In this document: positions 36,872 through 48,313 of the stretch, in pieces
Layout of the letters: each line of letters begins with the position of its first letter
Numbering within the stretch: the first letter of the stretch is position 1
DNA from: Octopus bimaculoides
Lineage: Eukaryota
DNA: 56,768 nt
Assembly: GCF_001194135.2 (NCBI RefSeq)
Contig: NC_068987.1
Location: 102,632,176-102,688,943, forward strand
Direction of reading: 5' to 3'
Program-made: the position numbers and the translations under genes
The notes under the pieces: generated by a model
What the model was told of the DNA's origin: nothing
What the model saw: only the letters and a program-made list of their open reading frames with translations
Database searches by the model: none

Positions 36872-36874
<3 letters not shown>
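36668..36874 (-). mobile_element. 207-bp element embedded in (TA)n, carrying a variant hammerhead motif at 36758-36794
   Basis: Long (TA)n runs flank both sides. The minus strand reads UCUUU-CUGUUGA-A-GAGC-gua-GCUC-GAAAC-GUC^AAAGA. Confidence 0.62.
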
Positions 36875-36963
<89 letters not shown>

Positions 36964-37016
36964 TATACATACAATTGCGTTTGTGTATTCGTTTTGCAGA
37001 TATTGTTGTCTTTGAG

Positions 37017-37761
37017 GATGGTCATGTTGCCAATTTTAGCCAATGAAAACACACACACTATTTATTCAGTGTTCGCTTGCTTCAGTTTTGTTTCATATTA
37101 ATTATATTTCGGCCAGAGTTCTTTCGTCATACTTCTGTGACCTCATCATTGGTCTTTTGCTTTCTTCCTTCTTTTTGTATCTCTCCTTCGTAACGATCTG
37201 CCATTTTGAGTTTCTGTTGTATGTGTCTTTATTTGCGCATGCGTATAACCCTGTGTATGGCTATGTTTAGTGTGTGTGCAGGAATGTTTATGGTGCCTAC
37301 ATTATCAGTTTTCTCTGTTTATTCACGTTCGTTTAATTTGATTTTATTTATTTTTTTATTTGTTTTTATCTACTTACTTTTTCTTTGTTTGTGTATTAAA
37401 AGAAAACATAAGTAGATAAAAACCAATAAATAAAATGAATATAAAAAAATAAAATCAACGTGAATAAACAGAAGATACTGATAATGCAGGTACCATACAC
37501 ATTACCACACACACACTTACCAAACATAGTCACACACACATGTATATACGCATGCGCAAATAAGGACACGACAGGAACACAAAATGGCAGATCGTTAGGA
37601 AGACATACAAATAAGAAAGAAAACAGCAGAAGACTACTGATGAGGTCACAGAAAGAAGTGTGACGAAAGAACTCTGGCCGAAATACGATTAAACTGAAGC
37701 AAGCGAACACTGAATACATACTGTATGTATTTTCATTGGCTAAATTGGCAACATGACCATC
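37017..37761. repeat. 745-bp imperfect palindrome (arms about 37017-37376 and 37409-37761)
   Basis: Reverse-complement blocks: 37063-37088 vs 37691-37716 match at 26/26, and 37105-37129 vs 37661-37685 at 25/25. Further colinear blocks continue to the centre (tttttatctactta / taagtagataaaaa). Confidence 0.92.
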
Positions 37762-38489
37762 TCCAAGTACAACAGCATGGCTATGGAGCATAGACTGACT
37801 GCAATCTCCCCCCGCCCCCACCAGTGTAGCTATGGAAACAATAGTAACTTCGTAAAGGTGTGTTTCACTGTCACTGGTTTTAAAACATACTGGACTCTAA
37901 CCCGGAATTCACTCCTCAGGATATTGCTAGATACTAGTTGACCATAATTCAGGTTCATTTTTAACAGGTATTGTTTTTGCTCTGTCGGGTTTCTAAAAAC
38001 ACACCTCAGTAGGCAAGCCTAGCGAGGGACTCAGTTTTGCCACCGATTTCCGAATACGGAACAGTTTTCTCACTGTTCATTCCATAGATATGTGTACGCT
38101 TAAAGAAAATTGCCTGTATCAAGTGCATTTTCCAGTCACATTTGCATAACGACTGCAAACGTGCGTGCTTATATTCTTTTGGTGGTGCATTTATTACAGC
38201 TGTTGTTGAATACTTACATATTTAGTCCGTGTATTGTAGGTGAAGATGTAGAGACAAATTTGAATCTCCCGCTTTTCTTTCATCAACAGAACTCTCCCCC
38301 TTATCTAACATTTTTGCGTTACACTTCCTAGAAATTTATGTTGAAATGTGTTGTACCCACTTGAAATTTAACGTACTAAATGCACTGATTACGTGAATTC
38401 AGAATGAAATGAAGTAATACATTACATTGCATAGAAAAAGAACTACTTAAACATGCTAGTTCTAGAATTAGAACATGACTGCGGTTATC

Positions 38490-38850
38490 TTGAGGAGAGG
38501 AAAGCATACTGGAGCGAGATAATTAGTGAAGAAGAGGAAATTCTAAAAGAAATACACTTATATGGATAGTTTCACAATGATCTCAGACTGGGAACAGTCA
38601 TGGTACGTTTGTGAAGTGAATCCGGAGTAGAGATTCAAAGAAGGAATCGGATACTTTGTCTGTAGGTGTTCAAGATCAGGTTCTAAACATAGGTCCAAGT
38701 TTAAAGTTATTTCTTCCACCAATTCAAGTGGAAAATACTGATCTATTTATAAGCAAGCTAAAACGTGTCAAGAGTGTGGACACAGCAAGAATACTAACAC
38801 TGTTGTGGTAGGTTTTGTCGCCCCTTCCATTGGATTCATTGTAAAATAAT
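38490..38850 (+). mobile_element. Decayed R4/Dong-clade LINE fragment
   Basis: Translates to LYG*F...DWEQSW...KKESDTLSVGVQDQVL, resembling HGQF...W.WL..LK.ETE...A.QDQ.L, and later to TARIL (the C-terminal GTARILR motif). Confidence 0.5.
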
Positions 38851-39019
38851 GTATAGACACAACGCATCAGTCAAATAATACAATTGTGCACAAGCAAAGG
38901 CAACAAGTAATCTCATTGATCCAACACTTCTCTGCACTGTTGAGAATATCTCATATTCCTTGAAAGATACTTTCTGTCTAACGCCTTTTGTCATGACTTA
39001 CCTCTTAATATTCTATTAT

Positions 39020-40040
39020 TTTATTCTTTTATATACATCAGGCATAAGGCCATAGCCATGTTAGGGCACCTCCAGTCTTAGCATATTTTCAATCATCATT
39101 GGCTTTTGGTGATGGAGTGAGTTCTATATTGCTGACCTCTTTTGAGTTTCTTGCCGTGATGTAGGTTCATCTGAAACTATCTACCACTACGCCATGTAGA
39201 TCTCTCAAATGTTCTAGCACGATATTAGATTGGCGTGGACTCTTGAATCCTAGGTTATTGCAGGATATGGTCCTCACTCTAGACGGGACGGCTGAGACTT
39301 TTAGAACATGAACTGATGTCCAGTTTTCGAGCTGTTATAGCTCTCTATGCCACAGTTTGGTTCTAATCCCTCTAGTTCTAGAATATCTGTCCAATCTTCG
39401 CTCCAGGAAGTAGTAGAGTCGTAGCTCATTCAGTCTCCCAGTAGCTCAGCTACTCCATTAATGCAATCTTCCTGGTGTAGATTTTTTGAACTACCTCAAG
39501 ATGCGCTATCAATTTGGCACTGTGGGGTGACCACATTTGAGAACCTATAGTGTTTCATTTCCCTTTTGTCGATAAGGAAGTCCAGGTGGCTGAGAAAAAT
39601 GTCTTCCATTTAACCAACAAAATTTCCTGGCCCCCTTGTCCTGAAAGTTCTCAGAATCCATCTGGACATTTGCCTACACATTGCCATTATCTTAGTGATA
39701 TGCACGTTAAACAATGCATTGCGTCTCATACTGATCCTCAGTTTACGTAGTATGCAGGAATCTGAAATTACTGCTCCTTTTGGACCAAAGTATCTTTGTG
39801 CCAAGTTAGCATTAACTAGCTCATAGCAGTTGGTTGGAATTTTCTTGCATTTATATATGGCATTTAGGTTTATCGAACGGGTTCTTGACCTCTCGTAATA
39901 TTTTTTTGTGCCGTCAGTATATCTAGTAAGTGCTGTTGTATGAGTAACTGATGGCATATCCGAACTAGCTACCATGATCAGCATTGGCTCCAAGACAGTT
40001 TCCAGAGGCACTCTATTCGATATTACCGTCTGCTGTTTCT
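39020..40040 (-). mobile_element. CR1/L2-group LINE, RT C-terminal half plus 3' UTR (pseudogenised)
   Basis: RVPLETVLEPMLIMVASSDMP...LTRYTDGTK corresponds to the VPQGSVLGP...YADD motifs. FNVHITKIMAMCRQMSRWILRTFRTR and SQMWSPHSAKLIAHLEVVQK..SYWE also fit. The tail is ggaggtgccctaacatggc...aaaagaataaaata. Confidence 0.85.
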
Positions 40041-42241
40041 TTTTTTTTTTTTTTTTTTTTTAAAGAAATCATGTAACCACTTTCGCAGTTTGTGTAAGGG
40101 CTATGGTGCCGAAGTACTCATCAGGCATATCTATTTACAAGTGTTCCAACGGAGTTGTGGAAACATATTTTGTATTGAATATTCAGTATTTCACTTATCC
40201 TATAGGTGTCTGTAGTCAATGAACCATTTTCTTCCTGCAGTGGCCCTATGCAGAAAAAGAAACAACAAAATATATTATTTTATATCATACGATACAATGA
40301 AATAATATTATTGATTGTTTCAGATGGGTAATAGTGTTATAACAAGTCGTACCTAGCACATGACCCGATAGTTCTCAATGCAAAGTAAAGATAATTACGT
40401 AAAACACAATATTGCATATAATTCAAAATTACGAAATGTTCCTCATCTCTACTGAAGAGATGTGGGTAGATAGAGAGAATAATTAAACAGGGTATATAAC
40501 CAGTAAGATAAATCAACGAAAAAAATAATGATAATAAATTGTTTAATTATCACAAGTATGAATAACGTAGCGGATATTACACGGATATTACAAAATGTTA
40601 ATAGGTTTCGCAGTAAAACGGAAAGGGGAAACGAAAACTGTGGCGAACTTCTAAAATAAGACTGTCCCCTATGTTACGTAATTCATCTCAAATTCTTCTT
40701 TAATACCCTGAATACTAAGGTAAATTATCCTTTTCTAGATATCATTAAGGTTGCAGGTGCAATATTATTTAGAACATAGAGAAGTGGTACAGAATATTTG
40801 TTAGAATATTATGAGGAACTAGCGTAAGTAAACACATGGAAATACAGAAAGCGAAGGTAACAGACAGACGGTACAATGGAAAATGATAGCGTGACAAGCT
40901 GCTTGTGTGTGTGTATGTGTGTCTGTATATCTGTCTGTCTGTCTGTTTGTCTGTATAAATGGCTGCATAATCCCCCACAGAGATACATTGTCCTATATAC
41001 ATATATACCTGTAGATATAATTTCGTGCATACATAATTCAAGATGTAAATGCAGATTTACACAATTTACCAAGTCGAGTACTAAACATACAAGTTAAACA
41101 AAGAGCTTGGTATAATCAAAAACATGCCTTACACATTGAAACAGATATGTCCTCGTATCACCATGCAGGCAGGCATAGTTTAACTCATATTATAAATACT
41201 GATATCAACTAACCTTTCACATTTGTACGCAGCTAATTCACTTGAAAGCTATTTAGCCAAACCCGTCACAATCCAACCATGTACGGTTTTTAAACGCAAC
41301 CATTAAGGTCCCGAGTATAAAAATACGACAATGATCTCTTTTCGCATTTTTTTTTTTTGTTTTCTTCAACGACAGCAATATCAATTACTTTGTCGGTATG
41401 TCACCATCATGTCTTCATGAGTTTACCCCCACCATTTTCCATTACACAAACAGGAGGCATGAATGATTTATNNNNNNNNNNNNNNNNNNNNNNNNNNNNN
41501 NNNNNNNNNNNNNNNNNNNNNNNNNNNNNNNNNNNNNNNNNNNNNNNNNNNNNNNNNNNNNNNNNNNNNNNNNNNNNNNNNNNNNNNNNNNNNNNNNNNN
41601 NNNNNNNNNNNNNNNNNNNNNNNNNNNNNNNNNNNNNNNNNNNNNNNNNNNNNNNNNNNNNNNNNNNNNNNNNNNNNNNNNNNNNNNNNNNNNNNNNNNN
41701 NNNNNATATATATAACATAAAGATGGAAAGATAGATAGTGTGTTAGGGAAAGAGTGAGACAGAGAGACAGAGAGACAGAGAGACAGAGAGACAGAGAAAG
41801 AGTGAGAGCAGGGTTATTAACGATGGAATCAGTATTAACGTAGTAGCCATCTTTATATTTTGCATAACGTTCATATAATTTACGAACGCCATAATAATGC
41901 AGTATCCGCATTGAGAAACTATATTGTGTAGACGTATAGTGCTAAAAAGCTCAGAAATACAAAACAGCAGACACAAAGGTACCCTGTGCTAGAGATATAG
42001 TTGCTAAATGTGTGTTTTACTCTTCATCATCAGCAGATATCCACTATCAACGTATACATAAGTTGATAGTGGCTACCTACAGCTGATAAACCGCAGACAT
42101 ACGTAAGTGCGAGATGGTATCTTAAGACGAATACTGTAATACTATGGCGTTCGCAGAGTATATCCACGTTATGTGTTGTGTATGTGCGTATTATGTATAT
42201 GCATGCATGTGTGTGTGAGAGAATGCGTTTATATCTATCTA

Positions 42242-42284
<43 letters not shown>

Positions 42285-42339
42285 CAAAGATATTTTATTA
42301 AACACGAGTAGTAATATAGGAAAAATAGAAGTTGAAAAT

Positions 42340-45250
42340 GTACTGTGAACAGTTAAAATATTTTTATTAATATATTTAAAGCTTTAATCGGTTTCAATGT
42401 TTGAACTGATCTTGAAAAAGTTCAAGCAGAAAGACGAGTCTTATGTCGCAGCTGTCATGCTTCTGACTAGTGTTTCAAGCTTGCCCCATTTTTATAGGCA
42501 GTTTATGGCTCAAATTAGTATATGATTTGGATAGGATTTGATTGAAAGAGGATAGTCGAATCGCTGGTCCTAGAAATTTCTGTACGTGCCCCGCTACGTC
42601 CATGTATTAGTATTGAGTGACAATGTTTAGCGTCGTAATTTAAGGCTGATACATTTGACTGAAGAGGTCCAAACAATCATTGCTCTGAATGCTTTCTGTC
42701 AAGTGTTTGTAGAGAATGGAGACGTGATTAAGTTTATTAACTTTTGGACGTCTCCCTCTACGTTCATGCCTTAGTGTAACGCGACAGTATATTTTGCGCC
42801 TAAAAAGAAGGCCGATACGGTTGAGTGAACATGTTTAGTTATAATCAAGTCACTCCAAATTTAATGTGTCTGGTGGGAAAGTGGAGAGTATTCGCTTGTA
42901 TGGAGTCTGGTGGCTAAAGTTTAGGTTGTTAGCTGTGTAGCTTCATTATGATACGTGGCAGAATGAATTTTGTGTGTGAATAGTTATTTGTGTATGTACT
43001 CTGTTATGTTTGTTAAGTCTTGGCTTGTACATTCCTTTGAAAATATTTTCTTTGTTTATCCGTGCTTCATCTGTGGTTTTCGCTGAACATAGGTAGAGTG
43101 GGAAGATTTGGAATTTAGGTGACTTATTTTTTGAATATATGTCTATGTGTCCACTCAGAGGAATCTGTCTCTTACTGGGGTCTCGTATTTGTTGTTGGCG
43201 AATGGTCAGTCTATTTCTTAGAGTAAGCTTAGTTTGATTTATATAATCTTCATTACATCTTTGACATTTTATAGGGTATATCAAATTCCTTGACTTTTTA
43301 CGGTAAAAGTCTGTCCTGATTTCAATTTGCATGTTGTCTTCAAAACGACTGAATCAGGTCCCGTAAATGGGGTAGCCACGCATTTTGATTCTTGGTGTGG
43401 GAATTGTGGAAGGCAAATTTAGCACTTGTGAGGAATTTTTTGAGGGACTTTCATTATCATTTACTTTTAATTATTTTGTGTATTTCGAATGCTCGTTTCA
43501 TTCTTGAGTCATTATATTATTGGGATGTCCTGGTAGATAATATTTTAAAACTCTGTACTTTTTGAGTTGTGTATTGTTATAAAGGATAGAGTATTGGATG
43601 TATCTAAACTGTTTTTCGTTTTTCGATGTCCTTCGATATTTATCGCTTTGACACTTTCTATTCCGTTCTCTATTAGTATTAATGGATATTTTCTTTTAAG
43701 TAGTACTTGTTTTATTTCCTGGACCTTTTATTACGCGTTTCATAGTTTGAGACAATTTGCATATTCTTCTTGCAAGATTAAGGGGATATTATTCTGCGTG
43801 TGTGTGGGATAGCATGAGCAGAACAGTAACTATTGTTTCAAATCTCTTTGTTTGTAGTGAATAGGTTTCAATATTGTTATCTCTATTGATGCTTAGTGTA
43901 TCCAGGAATGGTAGTTGAGTGTTACTGTATTCCATGGTAAAGTTGATACCATTGCTTATGCTGTTGATTAGATTTTTGAAATCTATAAGTTGTTGAAATG
44001 TGTGCGTCCATAGGATTAGGCAGTCATCTAAGTAACGTTCCCAGTTTTCTAGTACACATTTGTGGAAGTTCAAGTACTACATTAATTTAGATTGTTCATA
44101 TATCTGGACATACATGTATGCCATGACTAGATTGGCGTAAATCGGAGCAACTTTTTTCCCATCACAAACCCAGTCATCTGTTTGTAAATATTGCCTTCGA
44201 AGTCAAAAAAGTTGTTTTTGAAGATAAACTTTAATACTTCAGTGATGAAACTCTCTTTAATTCTGTCCGGAATTTCATGTGGGAAATTTTCAAGCCAGAA
44301 ATTTATTGCCTCTAGTCCATATTGGTCTGGGATTTTGATATAGAGATTTACTACATCAAGATACAATAGTTGTATCATTGTTTATGAAATTTGGGAGATG
44401 GTTTAAAGTCCAGGTCGTCCTTCACAAGATTTGGCATGTATTTTAAAATAAGTTTCAGTAATATGCCAAAACAGTTGCTCAGTTTGTGTGTTTCACAGTT
44501 CGGGCCTGCTACGATTGGTCTAAATTTAAGGACGGCGGGATATCGTATGTTTATGCAACTTGCAGTTGGTTATGTATATGCATTCTTAATAGTTGGATGC
44601 TTATGGACTTTTGAGAGACCGTCGACGTAGCTAGTCTTGCAATCAAAATGAATGAGTTAGGCAGTCACATTCTTTGTTAAACATTTTTGATGTCTATGAA
44701 TGAGCGTGTTGAGTTTAGTCATTGTCTTTGATTTTTGGTAATTGTTTATTTATTCGTAGTGGGTCAAATCTTGTAAGATCGATAGTATATCTCTTTTGTA
44801 GTGTTCAGTATCGATAATAACTATAGAACTTCCCTTATCTGCCTCCTTGATTATAATGTCGTTATTCTTTTCTTTCTCAGTTCATGTATAACATCCCTTA
44901 CCTTTCGACAGGTAAAGTTTTCCTTTTATTATCATTTATATATCCGAAGACACTTTCTCTGTTAACTTGTACTCGTTTGCACATTTGTTGTTCTGGATTG
45001 TGTTTGTTTCTTTCTCTAATTGCCTTTAAGTTGATATTTCTTTATCCGTTGCGTATGTCTTCGGTCTTGGGGAAAGTTCAGTCCAGTCGGAGGGAAAATT
45101 TCTATTCATTTAGGTGGATTATTTTGTGTCAAAGTAGTCTTGAATTGTCCTTACGGAACTAGTGACTATAACTCCACATGATTTAATCAGTTGCGAATGG
45201 GATTTGTGGATTTTAACTTTCTTCGGGAATGTGTTCTCTGTTGAGTAGTC
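42340..45250 (-). mobile_element. Penelope-like element (RT plus GIY-YIG endonuclease), decayed
   Basis: RT motifs: DIIIKEADKGSSIVII; LLYLDVVNLYIKIP..GLEAI..KNNFFDFEGNIYKQMTGFVMG; WERYLDDCLILW..INFTMEYSNTQLPFLD; HTQNNIPLNLARRIC. GIY-YIG: NLIYPIKCQRCNEDYINQT..LRNRL..ARINKE..KPRLN (42946-43332). There are many stops and frameshifts. Confidence 0.9.
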
Positions 45251-45388
45251 GATTTTGAAATGAGATTCATAATTGGAGAACCAAAGAGCACTTCTCTCCC
45301 ACCGTTGAAGAAATGTTAATTCCTCGTATTCACATTTGCCTCTCCGAAGTTTACTATTGTTTTCTCGGCCTTCATATGCATGTGTGTA

Positions 45389-45456
<68 letters not shown>

Positions 45457-45482
45457 TGTGTGTGTGTGTGCGCGCGCGCTCG

Positions 45483-45640
45483 AGCTTGTATTTGTCTGCA
45501 GCGTGCTTGACACGTAAGTAGCGCGGTTCGGCAAAAAAGACTGAATTCGTATTCAAAGGTATGTACTGGAATCGATCTATTCCACTTAACCTTTCTAGGT
45601 GGTGCCAGAGAATAGTTGCAGCCGAATGTCTGAGATACTT
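45483..45640 (+). mobile_element. SINE family B, degenerate 3' half
   Basis: Reads gtagcgcggttcggcaaaaaagac...ggtggtgccagagaatagttgcagccgaatgtctgag, colinear with 5580-5716. Confidence 0.55.
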
Positions 45641-46374
45641 TAAGGAATTACAGACTTTAAAAAATGATTATATATATTAATGAAACTGCCATTCGTGCAG
45701 TTTTCTCTCTCTCTTTGTCTAATATAAATTGAATCTCGTAGTTTTATATATGCAGAACTACATTAATGCTAAAAATGATAAAATAGTGACATATGAAAAG
45801 AAAATGAAAACAATAGTTAATTAAATTTTATAGATTTATAGCAAATAGTGATATAACGTGTAATCATTTATTGTATAGGTCGAAAGCTTAAAATTGCTGA
45901 ATGTGAAATTTAATTTGCTCATGTTATATTCGTGAACCATACTTCCTTACCAATATTATACCATCATCAATTTCTAGTGATTGCTTTCTCGTATCCTAAG
46001 CCTCATAGGGCCAGTTACTCGATTTCTATGACATGTAAGTGTCTGAGATCATAATATGTACCACTTGACTGAATGAAATAGAACAACGTGAAATGGAATA
46101 TTTTGCAACAGGATACTACTTACCGTCCATAAATACAATAAAATCATTAGCTTGTTTCTCTGAATTTGCATTGATCTATGGCCATAGTTTTCTTAATCCA
46201 AACCATATATACAAACCTATCGTGTACATCTATTGACTCCGAGATTGTGTTCCCATGGAATTGAAGATTTGAATTACCATGAAACGTTCTGAGATTAGTC
46301 TGTTAATTAAACAGCGCTTACACACACACACGCACGCACACACACACACACACACACGCACTCACGCACGCACG

Positions 46375-46408
<34 letters not shown>

Positions 46409-46929
46409 AATATATACATTTTTTTAAAGCCTAACAGAACTCTCAATTTCATGCATCCTTATTTTTCCAACTATTATCTACATGGATTACCATTGAACTT
46501 TAAAAGCCCAAAGACAATATATATATGCATTGGTATATTTATTTTTTTATATATTATTTTTTATATATCATTTTTTACTTTTTTGTAAAAAACATTTTCA
46601 TTCTCCCTCTTCTTGAAAATTTGCCATGCAATGAAAGCCGGTTAGAATTCTATATTAAAATATGCTTTCAGTTTAGCATTCTGCCTTATTATTATTTTNN
46701 NNNNNNNNNNNNNNNNNNNNNNNNNNNNNNNNNNNNNNNNNNNNNNNNNNNNNNNNNNNNNNNNNNNNNNNNNNNNNNNNNNNNNNNNNNNNNNNNNNNN
46801 NNNNNNNNNNNNNNNNNNNNNNNNNNNNNNNNNNNNNNNNNNNNNNNNNNNNNNNNNNNNNNNNNNNNNNNNNNNNNNNNNNNNNNNNNNNNNNNNNNNN
46901 NNNNNNNNNNNNNNNNNNNNTATATATAT

Positions 46930-47216
46930 TGCACCTAGGGCAATGAGTATTACAGGAGCTTCTGTTAACAATTTGAGACGATATAAGAAAATGAAGTGAA
47001 TAAATATTAGGCTTAGACACAAAAATAAATACCGGAGTCGATCCGGTCAACTGAAAATATTGGCCATGATGGGGCACTGCCTGCATGATTTTCAGTTGAC
47101 CGGTTCGACTCCGGTATTTATTTTTGTGTTTAAGCCTAATATTTATTCACTTCATTTTCTCATATCGTCTCAAATTGTTAACAGAAGGTCCTGTAATACT
47201 CATTGCTCTAGGTGCA
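46930..47216. mobile_element. 287-bp foldback (MITE-like): 129-bp arms, 29-nt spacer
   Basis: Arms 46930-47058 and 47088-47216 match as reverse complements at 124/129. The left arm starts 10 bp from an N-gap. Confidence 0.85.
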
Positions 47217-47797
47217 CACCATTTTCCCAGTATTTGGCACAAGACCACAAGTTTGGCAGAGACATTGATGCATGAAATGGATGGCAGTACATGTATCATG
47301 CATTGTTGTACAAAACACTATCCGATAACAATGAAAGCACAGTTGACATTGTGGCTGTTATATCTTGATACCGTAAATGGTCGTAACTACACGACGTTCT
47401 GTCATACCGCTCCCCTGTTAATATGCTTCTAATAATGTTCCACAGAAACCATTTCTATTCAATGGGGTATTTTCACCATATTTATTAGTGTGTTTATCTC
47501 AACAGATAAATATTTATGACTCTATAACTACAAGAAGCATAACCACAAAAGTACCAAATAAAACAAATTGTAAATGAAAACGTTTTACGTATCCTACCAC
47601 AAGATATTTCATAGATGAGTTTCATTTTCAAATTTGTGTGATGGTCCTACATGCGAATGCAATAAGATCGAGCGCAGCCCTCAAAAGATTGACTTATCTG
47701 TAAATTTTAAATTGAATTAGACTAAATATATGAGCGCATGTGGTTAAATGTGAGTGTGACAGAATGAGAACAGACATCATATGAGAAGTGAAATGAG

Positions 47798-47970
47798 TGA
47801 TAAGCGGAGGAATAAAATCAGATAACGGATAAGAACCTACTTTCAAATCAGACAACTTTCATCAAATGTGAGAGGTCAGACGATAAGTTTTTCATCACGT
47901 ATGATATTGTGATGGTTGAGACAGGGGCGGGGTAACGGCTGTCAAATGCGGATAAAGTGAACTTGATAAA
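47798..47970 (+). promoter_or_regulatory. Putative GATA-site cluster with a GC box
   Basis: Six GATAA motifs on one strand in about 175 bp, plus GGGGCGGGG at 47924-47932. This is motif evidence only. Confidence 0.25.
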
Positions 47971-48022
47971 ACGTCGGTAAACGTACACACCTACCCACCT
48001 TCACGCATACTCGCATAAATTT

Positions 48023-48064
<42 letters not shown>

Positions 48065-48073
48065 TCTCTCTCC

Positions 48074-48134
<61 letters not shown>

Positions 48135-48279
48135 TNNNNNNNNNNNNNNNNNNNNNNNNNNNNNNNNNNNNNNNNNNNNNNNNNNNNNNNNNNNNNNNNN
48201 NNNNNNNNNNNNNNNNNNNNNNNNNNNNNNNNNNNNNNNNNNNNNNNNNNNNNNNNNNNNNNNNNNNNNNNNNNNNNNN

Positions 48280-48313
<34 letters not shown>

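Noticed and set aside
40060-40130. CTGATGA on the minus strand near 40120 with a downstream GAAA
   Set aside because: Stems I and III cannot be formed, so it is a chance occurrence.
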